Positions 1 through 13,958 of a DNA stretch of 64,000 nt are shown here, in pieces. Numbering within the stretch: position 1 is the stretch's first letter; every line of letters begins with the position of its first letter. This stretch comes from Octopus vulgaris (taxonomy: Eukaryota), in NCBI GenBank assembly GCA_951406725.2, contig OX597822.1:29450001-29514000 (forward strand). The letters run 5' to 3'. The notes beneath the pieces were generated by a model. That model had not been told where the DNA came from. It was given only the letters and a program-made list of their open reading frames with translations, and did no database searches. The position numbers were made by a program, and so were the translations under genes.

Positions 1-225
1 TGGACTATGAAAAGTCAGGAGTGACTGGGCATGAAGATTTACATATGTATATTTAAGAAAAAACAAAAAAAAAAACATTCATCAGCATCACTTGTAAGCA
101 GGTATATTTAGTAACATGTACCTTTTGCTTTTGCTAATTGTTTTAGGTCCCTATATAGTCATGAGTAGATATAGACACTCTCTTGACTTTCTTAGTCTTT
201 GACCTAGTAAAGAGTAAAAGAGTAA

Positions 226-568
226 AAGGGTAAAGAACCCTGTTGGTCATGAATGACCATGGGATTGTACCTAGAAAGTTCCCACCCAAGGTACAAGGCC
301 GTGCAAAGTTGCTTATGGAAGACCAGCAATTGCCCATGCACACCAGCCTCCCCTTTCCACACCACCGATGTTATCCAAGGGAAAGGCAAAGACCGATACA
401 GCTTGGAACCAGTGGCATTGCAACTCATTCCTACATCTGAGTGAACTGGACCAACGAGAAATAAAGTGCCTTGTTCAAGAACACAATGCACAGTTTTGTC
501 TTGGAATTCGATCTTACTACCTCATGATTATGAGCTTGATGCTTTAACCACTGAGCCATATGCCTTCA
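226..568 (-). mobile_element. tRNA-derived SINE (family C); related copies at ~1551-1787(-), ~31975-32420(+), ~38700-39027(+), ~53010-53218(-)
   Basis: Minus strand begins gaaggcatatggctcagtggttaaagc..gaattcc (pol III A/B box-like); same body recurs in the window. Confidence 0.7.
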
Positions 569-1309
569 TTGACCCTGTAGAACATCTTAAAACAATGACT
601 GAAAACATGGTACTTGTTTCCAATCCATACCAGTTCATAGATGACAATTGGTTCGTTAGTTACAGGCCTTGGAACATTAATTTCACGAGCATCTATTATA
701 TTTAGTTAGGTGTCCACTGTAGTATAATCTATATGGATGTCACGCCTTGGTTTTCTGGCCTCTTCTCTTGCATTCGTATCTCTCATTTCCTTGCATAAAA
801 CTGCCTCTCTCTTGGAGTTTGTAGTCTTGCAAGCTTTATGATAACCTCACTGGTACTGATGGCACATAAAACAAATTGCTATTAAGTGGTTGGTGTTTGA
901 AAGAGCATTCAGCTTTAGAAACCATCCAAAAGCAGACACTGTAGGACAATTGTATAACTCCTGGACATTAAATACTTATAATGATATGATACTCAGGCTT
1001 TTAGGTAAGGTTTTGCTAGGCTTGTTCTATATTAAAAAACTGATTGGGAGAGGTTGATATTTCCGTGTCTTCTTTACAAAAGAAATATCATACAGAACCC
1101 TAGATGCAACATTCAAAAACAGAATACTGTAAAGGGGCCAGATTTCCCCTTGTACTTTCAGCACTTAAGCCAACCCAAATATTTTAAAAGAAAATATTGA
1201 TCGTATTGAAAGCATTTTTTGAAGTATTGATCTTGAAAATTTTTTTTACCAAAATTCAATTCTGTTTTATTGATTAAATTATATTTATCTTACATTATTT
1301 TTTTTCCAG

Positions 1310-1416
1310 ATAACCGAGAAGTTCGATATCAAGTTGTAAGTGGTTTTGTCTTCCTTCGGTTTTTTGCCCCAGCAATTTTAGGTCCAAAGCTTTTTGAATT
1401 ACGAACCAACATGCAG
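1310..1416 (+). CDS. RASA3: GAP1-family RasGAP (RASA3/RASA2-like), internal exon, RasGAP domain; gene begins upstream of the window
   Basis: ttttccag acceptor and GTAAGT donor; translates (D)[35 protein letters not shown], containing the RasGAP FLRFFxPAI signature. Confidence 0.95.
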
Positions 1417-1894
1417 GTAAGTCTCTAATTAACTTACAACATTTTTTTTTTTCACAAAAGTACATCTTGATAAAATGGTTGAATGGTTAAGGTATTAGGT
1501 CACCTGTATTTAGATATCTGGTTCAGATCTATTCCAGGTGTTTCATTATAAAGGGTAAAGACTCCCTTTGGTCATGAATGACAATGAGATTGCACTTAGA
1601 AAGTTCCCCTCCAAAGCACAAGTCCAGTTAAGGTTGTTTATGGAAGACCAGCAGTCAACCATGCATACCAGTCTCCCTGCTCCATGCAGATACAGTTTGG
1701 CACCAGTGATGTTGCAGGTCATGTTTACACAAACTCACTATCTCATAATTGTGTGCTCAATGCTCTACCCACTGAGCCATGCACTTATATATTCATTATA
1801 TATTCAAGCATTTGGATGAGATTACTAAATTTGAAGAAAACTCCTCCTCCTCCTCCTCCCTTCTCCCCTCCTCCCCTCCTCCCCTCCCCATCCC

Positions 1895-2101
1895 TTGTTT
1901 CAGTCAATTGATTGTGGCTATGCTGGAGCACCGCCTTTTAGTCGAGCAAATCGACCCCAGGACTTATTCTTTGTAAGCCTAGTACTTATTCCATCGGTCA
2001 CTTTTGCCGAACCGTTAAGTTGCAGGGACTTAAACACACCAGCATCGGTTGTCAAGCGATGTGGGGGGGGGGGGGACACAAAAACAGACACACAAACATA
2101 T

Positions 2102-2152
<51 letters not shown>

Positions 2153-2292
2153 CATATATATATATACATACATATATATATATACATACATATATACGAC
2201 GGTCTTCTTTCAGTTTCCGTCTACCAAATCTACTCACGAGGCTTTGGTCGGCCCGAGGCTATAGTAGAAGACACTTGCCCAAATTGCCATGT
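1895..2292 (-). mobile_element. tRNA/CORE-type SINE (family A) with internal (CA)n(TA)n, head truncated
   Basis: Body matches the copies at 6373 and 63008. Confidence 0.75.
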
Positions 2293-2432
2293 AGTATATG
2301 TACTTGTGAACAATACTTATTTATTACATTTGTCTCATTGTATATCTAGACCATCTAAACATACCAACATTCAGAACTTTTGTATCATACTGTTTTCATT
2401 ATTTCTTTCTTTCTTTCTTCTTTTTTATTCAG

Positions 2433-2510
2433 GATGCAACGACCAACCGAGCCTTAACTCTCATCTCTAAATCAATACAGGGACTTGGAAATCTAGTCAG
2501 TTCTCGTTCA
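2433..2510 (+). CDS. RASA3: RASA3-like exon, RasGAP domain
   Basis: ttattcag / GTTAGT; DATTNRALTLISKSIQGLGNLVSSRS (RasGAP R-x-LTLxxKxxQxLxN motif); phase 0/0. Confidence 0.93.
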
Positions 2511-3434
2511 GTTAGTAATGTTTTTGGTCTTATATTACTTACTTTACCTTTCATTTTTGTATAGGAGGAGCAAATCAAATGGAAATTGTAGTTGTGAGCC
2601 CCATGCTGGTAGCATGTAAAAAGCAGCATCCGAATGTGGCCGATGCCGAGTCAAGTACATCAGCATCACCAGTATCAAATTCAAATGAAATGGAAATTGT
2701 AGTTGTGGGCTTTGTGCCGGTAGCATGTTAGGAAGGGCATCCAGCTGTAGAAACACTGCCAGATCAGATTGGGGCCTGGTGCACTTCCCTGCTTCCCAGA
2801 CCCCAGTTAAACCGTCCAACCCATATCAGCATGGAAAACAGATGTAAAATAGTGATAATGATGATGAGGTCTGAGCAGTATGTTTGTCAAACGTTGGGTC
2901 TCACGGAAAACTGGCACCTGTGCTGGTGGTGCATGAAACCACTTGTGCCAGCGTCACATAAAAAGCACCCATTACGCTCTTGGAATGGTTTGCATTATGA
3001 AGGGCATTCAGCTGTAGAAAGCATGTCAAATCAGACTGGAATCTTGTGCAGCTGTCTGGTTTACCAGTTCCGGTCAAATCATCTGATCTATGCCCGCATG
3101 GAAAGTAGACGCTAAATGATGATGATGGTGATGATGATGATGATGATGATGATGATGTTGATGTTGTTGTCTGAACAGTATATGTACTAATATTTACTAG
3201 AGTAAGGAGGTGGCAAGCTTGCAGAATTGTGTGCACACCAGGCAAAAAAATTGATTTGTGGCATTCTGTCTATCTGTACATTCTGAGTTCAAATGCTGCC
3301 AAGGTCGACTTTACCTTTCATCCTTTTAGGGTCAATAAAATAAGTACCAGATGACCACTGGGGGTTGATGTAATTGAGTTAGTTTTAATTGCTAAAGGTT
3401 TACATACATTTTTTCCCCTTCTGTTTTATTTTAG

Positions 3435-3518
3435 CATTCCTTTGGGCTCAAGGAAGATTACATGGTTCCTCTTTTTCAATATTTGTCTGGAGAGAAGCAT
3501 ATTGACAGTGTTAAAAAG
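3435..3518 (+). CDS. RASA3: RASA3-like exon, end of RasGAP domain
   Basis: ttttag / GTAACA; HSFGLKEDYMVPLFQYLSGEKHIDSVKK (KExYM motif); phase 0/0. Confidence 0.92.
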
Positions 3519-3828
3519 GTAACAATTCTTCTACATTAATGCCCTGCATTTATGGTTTTTATGTCAGGTGAATTTCTTTGGTGTTTGTCTTCATTGTTCT
3601 GGTGCTTACATGCAGTATGGGTGTTAGGGTATTTCCTCTTCTAAACCATTGTGTGTCAGTCTTCTTTCAACCACTCTCATGCACACGCATGTGCGACAGA
3701 CTTTCAGTTTCTGTCAACCAAATCCACTCACAAAGCTTTTTGTCGGCCCAAAGCTGTAGTAGAAGAAACTTACCCATGTGGTTGGAAATTACATACAACA
3801 CAAACACACACACACCCACGCTCTCACT

Positions 3829-3863
<35 letters not shown>

Positions 3864-4271
3864 TCGTTCACTCACTTCACTTCCCAATACTAAGCAATGA
3901 CAAGTGACTGAGACCTTTGGTGATATACCGTGCTTGAGAAGACTTATCAAGCCAAGTGAAATTGTAGTTAGTTATGGCTGTTGCCAGTGTCATGTAAGTG
4001 GCACATAGAATAGCACCCAATACACTCTTGGAGTGGTCAGCATTAGGAAGGGCATCCAACTGTAGAAACCGTGCCAAATCAGACTAGAACATGGTGCAGC
4101 CCTCCAGTTTCCAGTCAAACTGTCTAACTTATGCCAGCATGGAAAGCAGATGTTCATTGTGTTTGTGTTTTGTGAGTGTAGTGTGAAGTGTATGTCTGTG
4201 TGTATGCTCCTAATACTTGTGAGATACATTTCTGATGCAGTTCCTAGATTTGTTTGTCTTAAATTTTTCAG

Positions 4272-4345
4272 TTCTTGGACATTATATCTTCTGGATCAAG
4301 AGTATCAATAAGAGACATTGAAGCTCCAACAATATTGAAGGAAGG
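4272..4345 (+). CDS. RASA3: RASA3-like exon, GAP-PH linker
   Basis: ttttcag / GTGAGT; FLDIISSGSRVSIRDIEAPTILKE(G); ends in phase 2. Confidence 0.92.
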
Positions 4346-4996
4346 GTGAGTTACCAGTTATATTCACATTGCCACCCCTCCTCCTCTCTCTCATCTTCCT
4401 CTTCCTCCTCCCCCTCTTCCTCAGCTTCCCGCCTTCTCCCCCTCCTCATTCCCCTCCCCCTTCCTCTTATGCAAAAAAAAAAAAAATACTGGAGGAGGTA
4501 CTGGGTAGGGTATCTCAATGCAGTACTGGCCAGCCAGATGGAGATGTACAGTACTTAAGTGGCTGGGACCTTTTTGGCACAACTGCTTTGGTGCCATCTA
4601 TTTGGCATCACCGTTTACATATGTGAGCATCTAGTCATGTTTGTATACGTGTATAATGTCTTTCTCTCCCTGTCACCCTTTCTATTTGTATGTGTGTATT
4701 TCTTTGCATTTGTGTTTGTGTATTTGTCTCTGGTGCCAAAATATACTGTTGCCAAAACAGGCTGAATGTCCAGTCATGTGGGCCAAATTGTCAGCATTCA
4801 AACAGCCACGCCCGTTTGTTTCATCACTTGTCTCATTCCTGGTGCATGTCCAGTGTACTGCTGACAGTCATCTTGTATTTGTTGCTGTGAGGGACTCCAC
4901 TGTTGATATTTTATTCACTGCTTCTATTACTTCACTTTTTTGTTGCAAAACACATTCAATAATGTTATAATGGTTTTAGTTGTAAATTAATCAAGT

Positions 4997-5270
4997 CAAC
5001 TTTTCAGAGTTGAGAAGGTCACAACTTCTGGTACAGTGGACATGTGTGGTTAGAATGTCTCAGGAAAGAATCACACGGTGGATTCTTGAAGCCAAGCCAA
5101 CTGGGAGGAGACTTAGGGGTCGACCAAGAATGAGATGGTTGGATAATATCCATAATCTCAGTTGGTTACGCTTGGGAATCAACCGGAAAGTTTAATGATG
5201 GGAGGAGGCACCCGAGGACTCTACCATCATCACTCTCCCAGGAAAAATTGGGCAGAGAAAATGGACAGAT
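4997..5270 (+). mobile_element. RTE-clade LINE 3' fragment; similar fragment at ~50010-50230
   Basis: VVRMSQERITRWILEAKPTGRRLRGRPRMRWLDNI, the typical RTE ORF C-terminus (G.R.RGRP..RW.D). Confidence 0.7.
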
Positions 5271-5431
5271 GACCAGAAGTATCCATCTAGGAGTGATCAG
5301 CTTCATTGATTTCTAGAACAATGGGACCCAAACCATCAGACAGTCAACATTTTGTCTTTTCTTTCATAACAGCATATTTCTCGGTGTTTTTATCCAGCTA
5401 ATAAAGTGTTTTTCTTGTTTCATGTTAAAAG

Positions 5432-5538
5432 TATGATGATAAAAAGGGCCCAAGGACGTGGTATTTTTGGTGTCAAGAACTTCAAACGTCGTTATCTCTG
5501 TTTAACAAATCAAAGTCTATTCTACTCCCGAGAAAAAG
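5432..5538 (+). CDS. RASA3: RASA3-like exon, PH domain beta1-beta3
   Basis: aag acceptor / GTAAGT; (G)MMIKRAQGRGIFGVKNFKRRYLCLTNQSLFYSREK, matching the GAP1 PH motif IKRAQGR..FG.KNFK.R. Confidence 0.95.
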
Positions 5539-6372
5539 GTAAGTCCTTACTTAAATATGCATTTTCTTCCTCTTATTCCTTAATTTCTAATTCAAAATGT
5601 CTCATCTTTCACGGTTTTGAGGGGATAGTTATCTCCCTTGTTTTTACAGCCTTAGCCAAAGGACACCACATTTACTTACTTAAATAGTTTTAAAGTTATG
5701 TTTCTTTTAAGTATTAGAGAATTATAATTTCTGAAGACAGTATTAGAGAAATACTGAAAACTAATCATAGAGAGCTATTTGGTGTAATTTAAAAAGCAAT
5801 TAAATGAAGGATCTATTTGTGAAACTAAATTAAAGTACCTTAGATATTCCTCTGTACTTTAGTGACACTAATGAGTTTTTAATTAAACATCTACCTGAGT
5901 GATACAAATTATTGTTTCTACAATTATAATTTCCCTGACAATAGATCTAATTTTTACAGATGCAACTGTTTTCTTTCTTGTATATACATCTACTTAAATC
6001 CAGGGCCGTCTTCGCACTATTATTGGTTCCTGGGAAAATCAGTGGACTGGATACATAATATTTATTTATTCACAGTATACATATATCATAATTGGGCCAG
6101 TGTGGCCCCTGGGCCGAAGCCCAATATGCTCATGCCTTAAGACAGTACTGCATACATTTACACTACATTTTGATAGGTTTGATAGGTCTCTGATTATCAT
6201 TGGGTATCCTATTCCTGGTCACTTTCATTGCCTTAGGGTAAATTCAAACTATATATCTATGTGTTTATTTGTCTTTGTGTTTGTATCCACTACTTGACAA
6301 CCAGTGTTGTTTTTTTTTTTGAAATCTTAGTAACTTAGTGCTTTGGTAAAAGAAACCGATAAATTAAGTACC

Positions 6373-6756
6373 AGGCGCAGGAGTGGCTGTGTGGTAAGTA
6401 GCTTGCTAACCAATCACATGGTTCCGGGTTCAGTTCCACTGCGTGGCATCTTGGGCAAGTGTCTTCTGCTACAGCCCCGGGCCGACCAATGCCTTGTGAG
6501 TGGATTTGGTAGACGGAAACTGAAAGAAGCCTGTCGTGTATATGTGTATGTGTGTGTGTGTGTTTGTCCCCCTAGCATTGCTTGACAACCGATGCTGGTG
6601 TGTTTACGTCCCCGTCACTTAGCGGTTCGGCAAAGAGACCGATAGAATAAGTACTAGGCTTACAAAGAATAGGTCCTGGGGTCGATTTGCTCGACTAAAG
6701 GCGGTGCTCCAGCATGGCCGCAGTCAAATGACTAAAACAAGTAAAAGAGTAAGAGT
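6373..6756 (+). mobile_element. Full-length family A SINE; others at ~6930-7357(+), 9477-9870(+), 16557-16950(-), 19690-20180(-), 26604-27000(+), 35426-35840(-), 49580-49993(-), 51390-51755(-), 51840-52185(-)
   Basis: Head aggcgcaggagTGGCTGTGTGGtaag..GGTTCAGTTCC (A/B boxes), CORE-like cttgggcaagt, internal microsatellite, (AAAGAGT)n tail. Confidence 0.8.
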
Positions 6757-7040
6757 CTTAAAATAAGTCCTGAGGTTGATTTGTTTGACTAATTCTTCAA
6801 GACAGTGTTCCAGCATAGCTGTGGTCCTCTGTTTGAAACAAGTAAAAGAGTAAAATAGTAGTGCTTTTTTTTCCAGTCTTTTTTCCATTTGAGAGGAGAT
6901 TATAAGTACTAGAGTTAAAAATTTATTTAATACTGCATGGCACCTTGGGCAAATGTCTTCTACTATAGCGTCGGGATGACCAAAGCTTTCTGAGTGGATT
7001 TGGTAGACGGAAGTTGAAAGAAGCCTGTCATATATATGTG

Positions 7041-7103
<63 letters not shown>

Positions 7104-7124
7104 ATGTATGTATGTATGTATGTA

Positions 7125-7170
<46 letters not shown>

Positions 7171-7521
7171 TACTCCCAATATCGCTTGACAACCGATGCT
7201 GGTGTGTTTATGTCCCCGTCACTTAGCGGTTTGGCAAAAGTGACTGATAGAATAAGTACTAGGCTTACAAAGAATAAGTCCTGGGGTCGATTTGCTCAAC
7301 TAAAGGCAGTGCTCCAGCATGGCCACAGTCAAATGACTGAAACCAGTAAAAGAGTACTAATTTTTTAATAAAAATAACAATACATGCATGTGATGAATTG
7401 GCAAAAATATGACCACCCCCAAACATAACAATAAGAGAGTCTCTCTGCAATATCTAATGAGACATTGTCTACAGCTTTGATTAATTTTTCTTTCTTCCTT
7501 CCTTCCTATTTTTTTATTCAG

Positions 7522-7604
7522 GTGATGAAGTTCTGTGTGAAATTCCTATTCATAACATATGGGCTGTGGAACGGTTACAAGAGGAGTCATTCAAAATGAA
7601 ATAT
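7522..7604 (+). CDS. RASA3: RASA3-like exon, PH domain
   Basis: ttattcag / GTAAGT; (G)DEVLCEIPIHNIWAVERLQEESFKMKY. Confidence 0.94.
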
Positions 7605-8646
7605 GTAAGTACCTTGAACTCTCCCTATTTTTTCCAATACAAATTATCATTGTGATGATATGCAGCTGCTGTTATTGTTATTGCTGTTGTTCTGTTGATT
7701 CTTTAGTGTTCATCTTTTTGTAATTTGAACATTCATCCTGATATCTCTGCACCATCTCTTCTTTTCTAACTGGGATAGGCATGTATCTCCTCCTCTGCAA
7801 TATACCTGTAATTATCTCTCTATCAAACTTGAATCTCTCGTCACCTGGCATTAAGCCATCTCCCTCAACACTACCCCTGTTCCCCCTGTTGGGGGCAGTC
7901 TTGTCTTGTGAGTTACTCAATGACCTCACTTAGGCTTGTACCTCATAAAAAAAAACACCCCATACTCTCTGGAATTGGCTGCTATTAGGAAGAGCCTCCA
8001 TGCCAATGCAGACTTTGGAGCTTGGCATAATTCTCTGGTTTCTCAGCTCCTGTCAAACTGTCCAATCCATCCATGACAACATGGAAAATGAGTGTTAAAG
8101 AATGATGAAAGGCGGCGAGCTGGCAGAAACGTTAGCACGCCGGGTGAAATGCTTAGCGGTATTTTGTTTGCTGTTACGTTCTGAGTTCAAATTCCATTGA
8201 GGTCAACTTTGCCTTTCATCTTTTCCATACAGTATGTGTAAGCACCTTAGGCAAGTATCTTCTACTATAGCCATGGGCTTACCAAAGCTTCGTGAGTGAA
8301 TCTGGGAGATGGAAGAAACTGTCTGTAAGCTGGGCATGTGTGTTCGTGTGTGCTCTCATCTTTGTTTTTATTTTCCATCCCACTTATTACATAACCACTG
8401 GTGTTGGTTTATTTACATCCCTATAACATAGCAGTTCAGCAAAAGACACTAAGGGAATTAGTGCCAGTCTTAAAATAGAAACAAAATCCATTTGTCTGAC
8501 TAAACTCTTCATTGCAATGCCCCAGCATGACTACAGATCAGTGTCTGAAACAAGTAAAATAATTTTTGCTCATAAGCTTAAATATCCTTTTCTCCACTGT
8601 CTATCCCATTTCTTCATTTTAATCCCTTTATTATTGTTTCTTCTAG

Positions 8647-8717
8647 ATGTTTCAAGTAGTACAACCAGAAAGAGCCCTGTATATACAAGCTAACAACTGT
8701 GTAGAAGAAAAGGAATG
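8647..8717 (+). CDS. RASA3: RASA3-like exon, PH domain end
   Basis: ttctag / GTAAAC; MFQVVQPERALYIQANNCVEEKE(W), very close to vertebrate RASA3 as recalled. Confidence 0.95.
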
Positions 8718-8891
8718 GTAAACGATTCTTAATTTTTTTTTTATATTTGCGTTTTAGTTTTGGCCTTTTGTGGAAAATGAAAATACATGATGTGGGGCAG
8801 GGTGGTGGTTTAGCTCTGTGGCAGCCAAAGCCTTGTGCGTGGATTTCATTGAGAGAAACTGAAAGAAGCCTCTGTGTGTGTGTGTGTGTGT

Positions 8892-8943
<52 letters not shown>

Positions 8944-9639
8944 AGAATTCACGAAAAAAACAAAAGACAAAGACGGGTGATGTAGAAAACAAACAGATGT
9001 ATTACTATAATGCTCAGGAGTTGAAAAAATATTTTATGTTTTGAACCTACGCTCTTCCACAGAAAGGGACACAAAGAAACAAGGAGAGACAAAAAATGTG
9101 TGTAGTGGCTACCTATCTATCATGGCGACGGCCAGACAGAAGGGTCACAGGAGAGCGAAGAAGTAGGGGATTATATATAGTGCTGGTGCCATGTAAAAAG
9201 CATCCAGTTGAAGCTGTAAAGTGGTTGGCATTTGGAAGGGCATGCAGCTGTAAAAACCTTACCAAAACTGATTTCACCTGTTCTTGTGCCATGTAAAAAG
9301 CATTCAGTCCACTCTGCTGGGTGGTTGGTGTTAGGAAGGGCATCCTGCACTAAAGACTGTGCCAAAACAGACACAAGAGCTTGGTGCAGTCTTCTGCCTG
9401 GCTGGCTCCTGACAAACTGTCCAACCCATGCCAACATGGAAGATGGACATTAAACGATGATGATGATTATATATATAGGCACAGGAGTGGCTGTGTGGTA
9501 AGTATCTTGCTTACCAACCGCATGGTTCCAGGTTCAGTCCCACTGCATGGCACCTTGGGCAAGTGTCTTCTACTATAGCCTTGGGCCTATGAAAGCCTTG
9601 TGAGTGGATTTGGTAGACAGAAACTGAAAGAAGCCTGTC

Positions 9640-9676
<37 letters not shown>

Positions 9677-9895
9677 GTGTCTGTGTTTGTCCCCGCAACA
9701 TCGCTTGCCAACTGATGCCAGTGTGTTTATGTCCCTATAACTTAGCGGTTTGGCAAAAGATACCAATAGAACAAGTGCTAGGCTTACAAAGAAGTCCTTG
9801 GGTCAGTTTGCTCAACTAAAGGTGGTGGTCCAGCATAGCCGCAGTAAATGACTGAAAAGAATAAAAGAAAAAGAAAAGGATACATGCACGCACAC

Positions 9896-9955
<60 letters not shown>

Positions 9956-10238
9956 CTACTTGGCATGTCTAGTTAAATTGCTGTCATTCATACATTTAGG
10001 TTTGTCCTTTACAGCTGCTGGTGGCACATAAAATGTACTTGTGCTGGTGCTGTGTAAAGGCACCCATGCCAGTAGTATGTTGAGAGCACACTCTGTAAAG
10101 TGGTTGGCATTAGGAAGGACATTCAGCCGTAGAAACCATACCACAACGGACAATTGGAGTTTGGACAGCTGCCAAACTGTCCAACTCATGCCATCATGGA
10201 AAACGGATGTCAAATAATGATGGGGATGATGATGATGA

Positions 10239-10273
<35 letters not shown>

Positions 10274-10407
10274 CATCATCATCATCATCATTTTTTAACG
10301 TCTGCTTTCCATGCTAACATGGGTTGGACGATTTGACTGAGGGCTGGTGAACCAGATGGCTGCACCAGGCTCCAATCTTGATCTGGCAGAGTTTCTACGC
10401 TGGATGC

Positions 10408-10446
<39 letters not shown>

Positions 10447-12729
10447 TATAGGTGCAGTCATCTGGTTCGCCAGTCCTCAGTCAAATCGTCCAACCCATGC
10501 AGGCATGGAAAGCAGACGTTAAATGATGATGATGATGACATATATATATATATATAAATAATGTGTGTGTGTATATATATATATGTAAATAATTTGAGTG
10601 TGTGTGTGTATATATATAAAAGTTAGTTTGTAAAATTTACATGTGTATATCTCCCGTAGTAGTAGTAGTAGTAGTAGTATGTTGATAAAGCATGTTCACT
10701 GCCTCTGGCTACCTGGCGTCATCCATATAATACATATATACATATATACATATAATACATATATACGATGGGCTTCTTTCAGTTTCTGTCTACCAAATCC
10801 ACTTACAAGACTTTGGTAGGCCCAAGGCTATAGTAGAAGACACTTGCCCAAGGTGCCATGCAGTGGGACTGAACCCAGAACCATGTTGTTGGTAAACAAG
10901 CCACTTACCACCCAACCACAAGTGTATAGCAAATGTATAATGCTTTGTGCTAGATCAAGGCAAGCAAAGAGATATAGGGCTTGTCCAAGGTCACAACCAT
11001 TAGACCAACAATAAAAACTGTGGAAACTATGAGTGTAGGAAATTTAGCACTTAGTCATTAAAAAGAGTTATTCTGACTGAATTAGTCATCTGGTTAATTT
11101 GTTATCCAATATGTTAAAAAAAGTATACAATTTTTTAACATTAAATTTTTTTTTGTTGCTAGCATTTGTTCACAAAGGTTCTGTTGTTATAATACAGAAC
11201 ACTTTATAAATAGATATACTATGAAAATTCAGTTTTACACCTATACTTTATACTTGTTTCAGTCATATGACTGTGGCCATGCTGGAGCACTGCCTTGAAG
11301 AGTTTTTGTTGAACATATCGACCCCAGGAATTATTTTCTATGGCCTAGTACTTATTCTGTCACCACCACTGATTGTCAAGTGGTGGTGGTGGTGGTAGTG
11401 AGGGACAAACACTAAGATAGACACATAGATACATCATAATCATCATCATCGTATAACGTCCGTTTTCCATGCTGGCATGGGTTGGACGGTTTGACTGGGG
11501 ACTGGCAAGCCAGGAGGCCGCACCAGGCTCTCATCTGATCTGGCAGTGATATATATATATAAAAAAGAATATAAAAATGGGACAAGAACGCAACAGGCGG
11601 CAACAAAGCATCCAGACAGTTGGATGATACAAAAAGGGACATGAAAAACCAAAAAAAAAACCCCCCCAAAAAACAAAAAAAAAACAAGGACGGGTCGGTC
11701 TCTTTTCAGCTTCCATCTACCAAATCCACTCACAAGTATACATTTGCCCAAAGTGTCAGGTAGTGGGACTGAACTCGGAACCATGTGATTGGGAAGCAAG
11801 CTTCTTATCACACAACTACGCCTGCACTTATATTCTTTTGTCACTAAATGTTACTAATAATAATGAAATCATTGTATACAGTGCTCAGGTGCACCACAAC
11901 ATGTCAAAAGTGCGTATAAAGTGTATGCAGTAATGTGCAAATGTCTGGAAACGTCTGCACAAATGTATATATATATATATATATGGAGGGGAGAAAATCA
12001 GGTGTAGTGTTGGCAAATCTTAGGAAGCATGGAATATTTGTTAAAATATTTGTCACAATTAGTGATATATTTGTCACTTGAAAGCTCAGGGTTTTTTAAA
12101 GTGCAGTTCACAGAACCCCTGGTTTCTGTGGAAAAAAAAAATCCCATGGTTTTATAGGTTTTTTTTTAATAGTATTTAGTAAAAATCTATTTTGTAAAAA
12201 AACAATGGTTTCTATAATTTACAAAACATAACTTTTGTGTGAATTGTCTCACGGAAACGGTTTTTGTTTCATGTAGTGACTTTTTAAAATTAGAGTAGTT
12301 CGGGTTGTTCGTAAGATATAGGCATGTGTTCGGCTGTTTCTTCGTAACAAAATTAGTTGAAGGACTGTCGACTCGTTATGTCGGCACGGTAATAATTTTG
12401 TTTAAGGGATGCTACTCAAGAGTTATTTCCCCTGTCACAAGCATTTTTGCTTGCTTCTTTAAGTTGCATTGATCCATATGGTGTGTGACAAATCGATGCA
12501 CTTAATGTTGAGTTGATGTTCCTTTTCTTTTTTTTTCTTTCTTTGCTAATGGTTATATTTTTTTTTCAATCTTTGATTTATATTTTAATGTAAAATATGC
12601 AATTCACTGTGTATGTTGTAGCAGTAAATTCTCATGAAAAGAAAGAAAAATTAAATCAAACATCTTTCTTTTATATATTCAAAATATGATACATATAAAT
12701 ATTTCTTTTTTGTTTTTGTTTTTGCCCAG

Positions 12730-12819
12730 GCTTGAACTATTAAAGCAGATCTGTAATTCCAATAAAAATAGATTAAAAAAGTACCACCCTGCTGCCTATA
12801 TTGGTAACCATTGGTTATG
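12730..12819 (+). CDS. RASA3: RASA3-like exon, PH helix and start of BTK motif
   Basis: ttgcccag / GTAAGT; (W)LELLKQICNSNKNRLKKYHPAAYIGNHWL(C); YHP..WLCC BTK motif. Confidence 0.94.
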
Positions 12820-13507
12820 GTAAGTTTTCTTTGAGTTTTATCTTGTTCTACCAATTTCCAGTCCTATCCTGTCCAACTCAATGTTTTACTTTGTTTATTC
12901 ATGTTATGGAAATGTTCAAATCAACCAAGAGTAAATACACCTTTGGCTTTGCTTGTGTTGGTAGCTTCCATAGACAGAAAACTCTCAAAATAGGTTCTGC
13001 CGAGATAAATAGCAATATTATATTGGATGAGTGGGTTTTTGGCTTGATGCTGTGCTGATATCATCTCAGTATTCAGATGACAGCCAGTTGTAGCTCTTAG
13101 ATTCTTGCTTATAAAAACAAGAAAAGATCGATATCTCAGTGATAGATACTTGTTATGATGAAAGGTTAAGCAATTAACCAGGTGTTGCCTGTAGGTGTAG
13201 CCATGGTTGTGTTGTGGTTAAGTTGTCTGGTTTACAATCACATGGTTTTGTGTTCAATCCTTTTGTGTTCCTTTTGTGTTCAATCCTTCTGTGTAGCAAG
13301 TTGGACAAAATAATCTTCTATATGGCCTTGGAAGCTGACCATTACCTTGAAGTGTGAATCACTAGCCAGAATTTATATAGAAGACCATTCTCTATATAAA
13401 GAAGTTTGCTTTTCAACCACATGGTTCTGGGTTCAGTCCCACTGTGTGGCTGCTTGGGCAAGTGCCTACTACAATAACCTCGGAATGACCAAAGCCTTGT
13501 GAGTAGA

Positions 13508-13958
13508 TTTAGGAAAAAGGATGTGTTTGTTAATTGACATGAGTATTCCTTGCGATCACAATATAGCGGCGAAAGAATTTGACAAGATTAGTAAATATAA
13601 GGACTTGCTAATGGAAATTGAAAAAATGTGGCATCTCAAGGCGACTACAGTACCAGTAATTGTAGGATCTCTAGGAATGATAAAAAAAGGTACTGAAACC
13701 TACAGGAAGTGCAAAAAATCGTGTTAACTGGAACAGCTCATGTACTGAGAAGAGCATTATCACTATGAAAACAACATCCATTCATGAATTTATTTATTCA
13801 TTAATTTTTTTAAATACATATTTTACCTGTGAATTTGCGTGTGTAATCTGGGAATGCATACAATGAGCTTCTCTGCCCTAGGTGTATGGAAAACACTCGG
13901 CGAGAAACGGAAGAAAGTTTGAAGAAAGAAGGAAAAATAATAATAATAATAATAATTA
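13508..13958 (+). mobile_element. 5'-truncated R4/Dong-like non-LTR retrotransposon (restriction-like endonuclease end + 3'UTR)
   Basis: CLLIDMSIP..KISKYKDL..VPVIVGSLG, then after a deletion VQKIVLTGTAHVLRRALSL*; ends in (TAA)n. Confidence 0.75.

Noticed and set aside
8941-9130. Hammerhead-like remnant (minus GGAAGAG-CGTAGG-TTC-AAAAC) next to (TA)n
   Set aside because: Both core boxes are mutated; too degenerate to call without a family consensus
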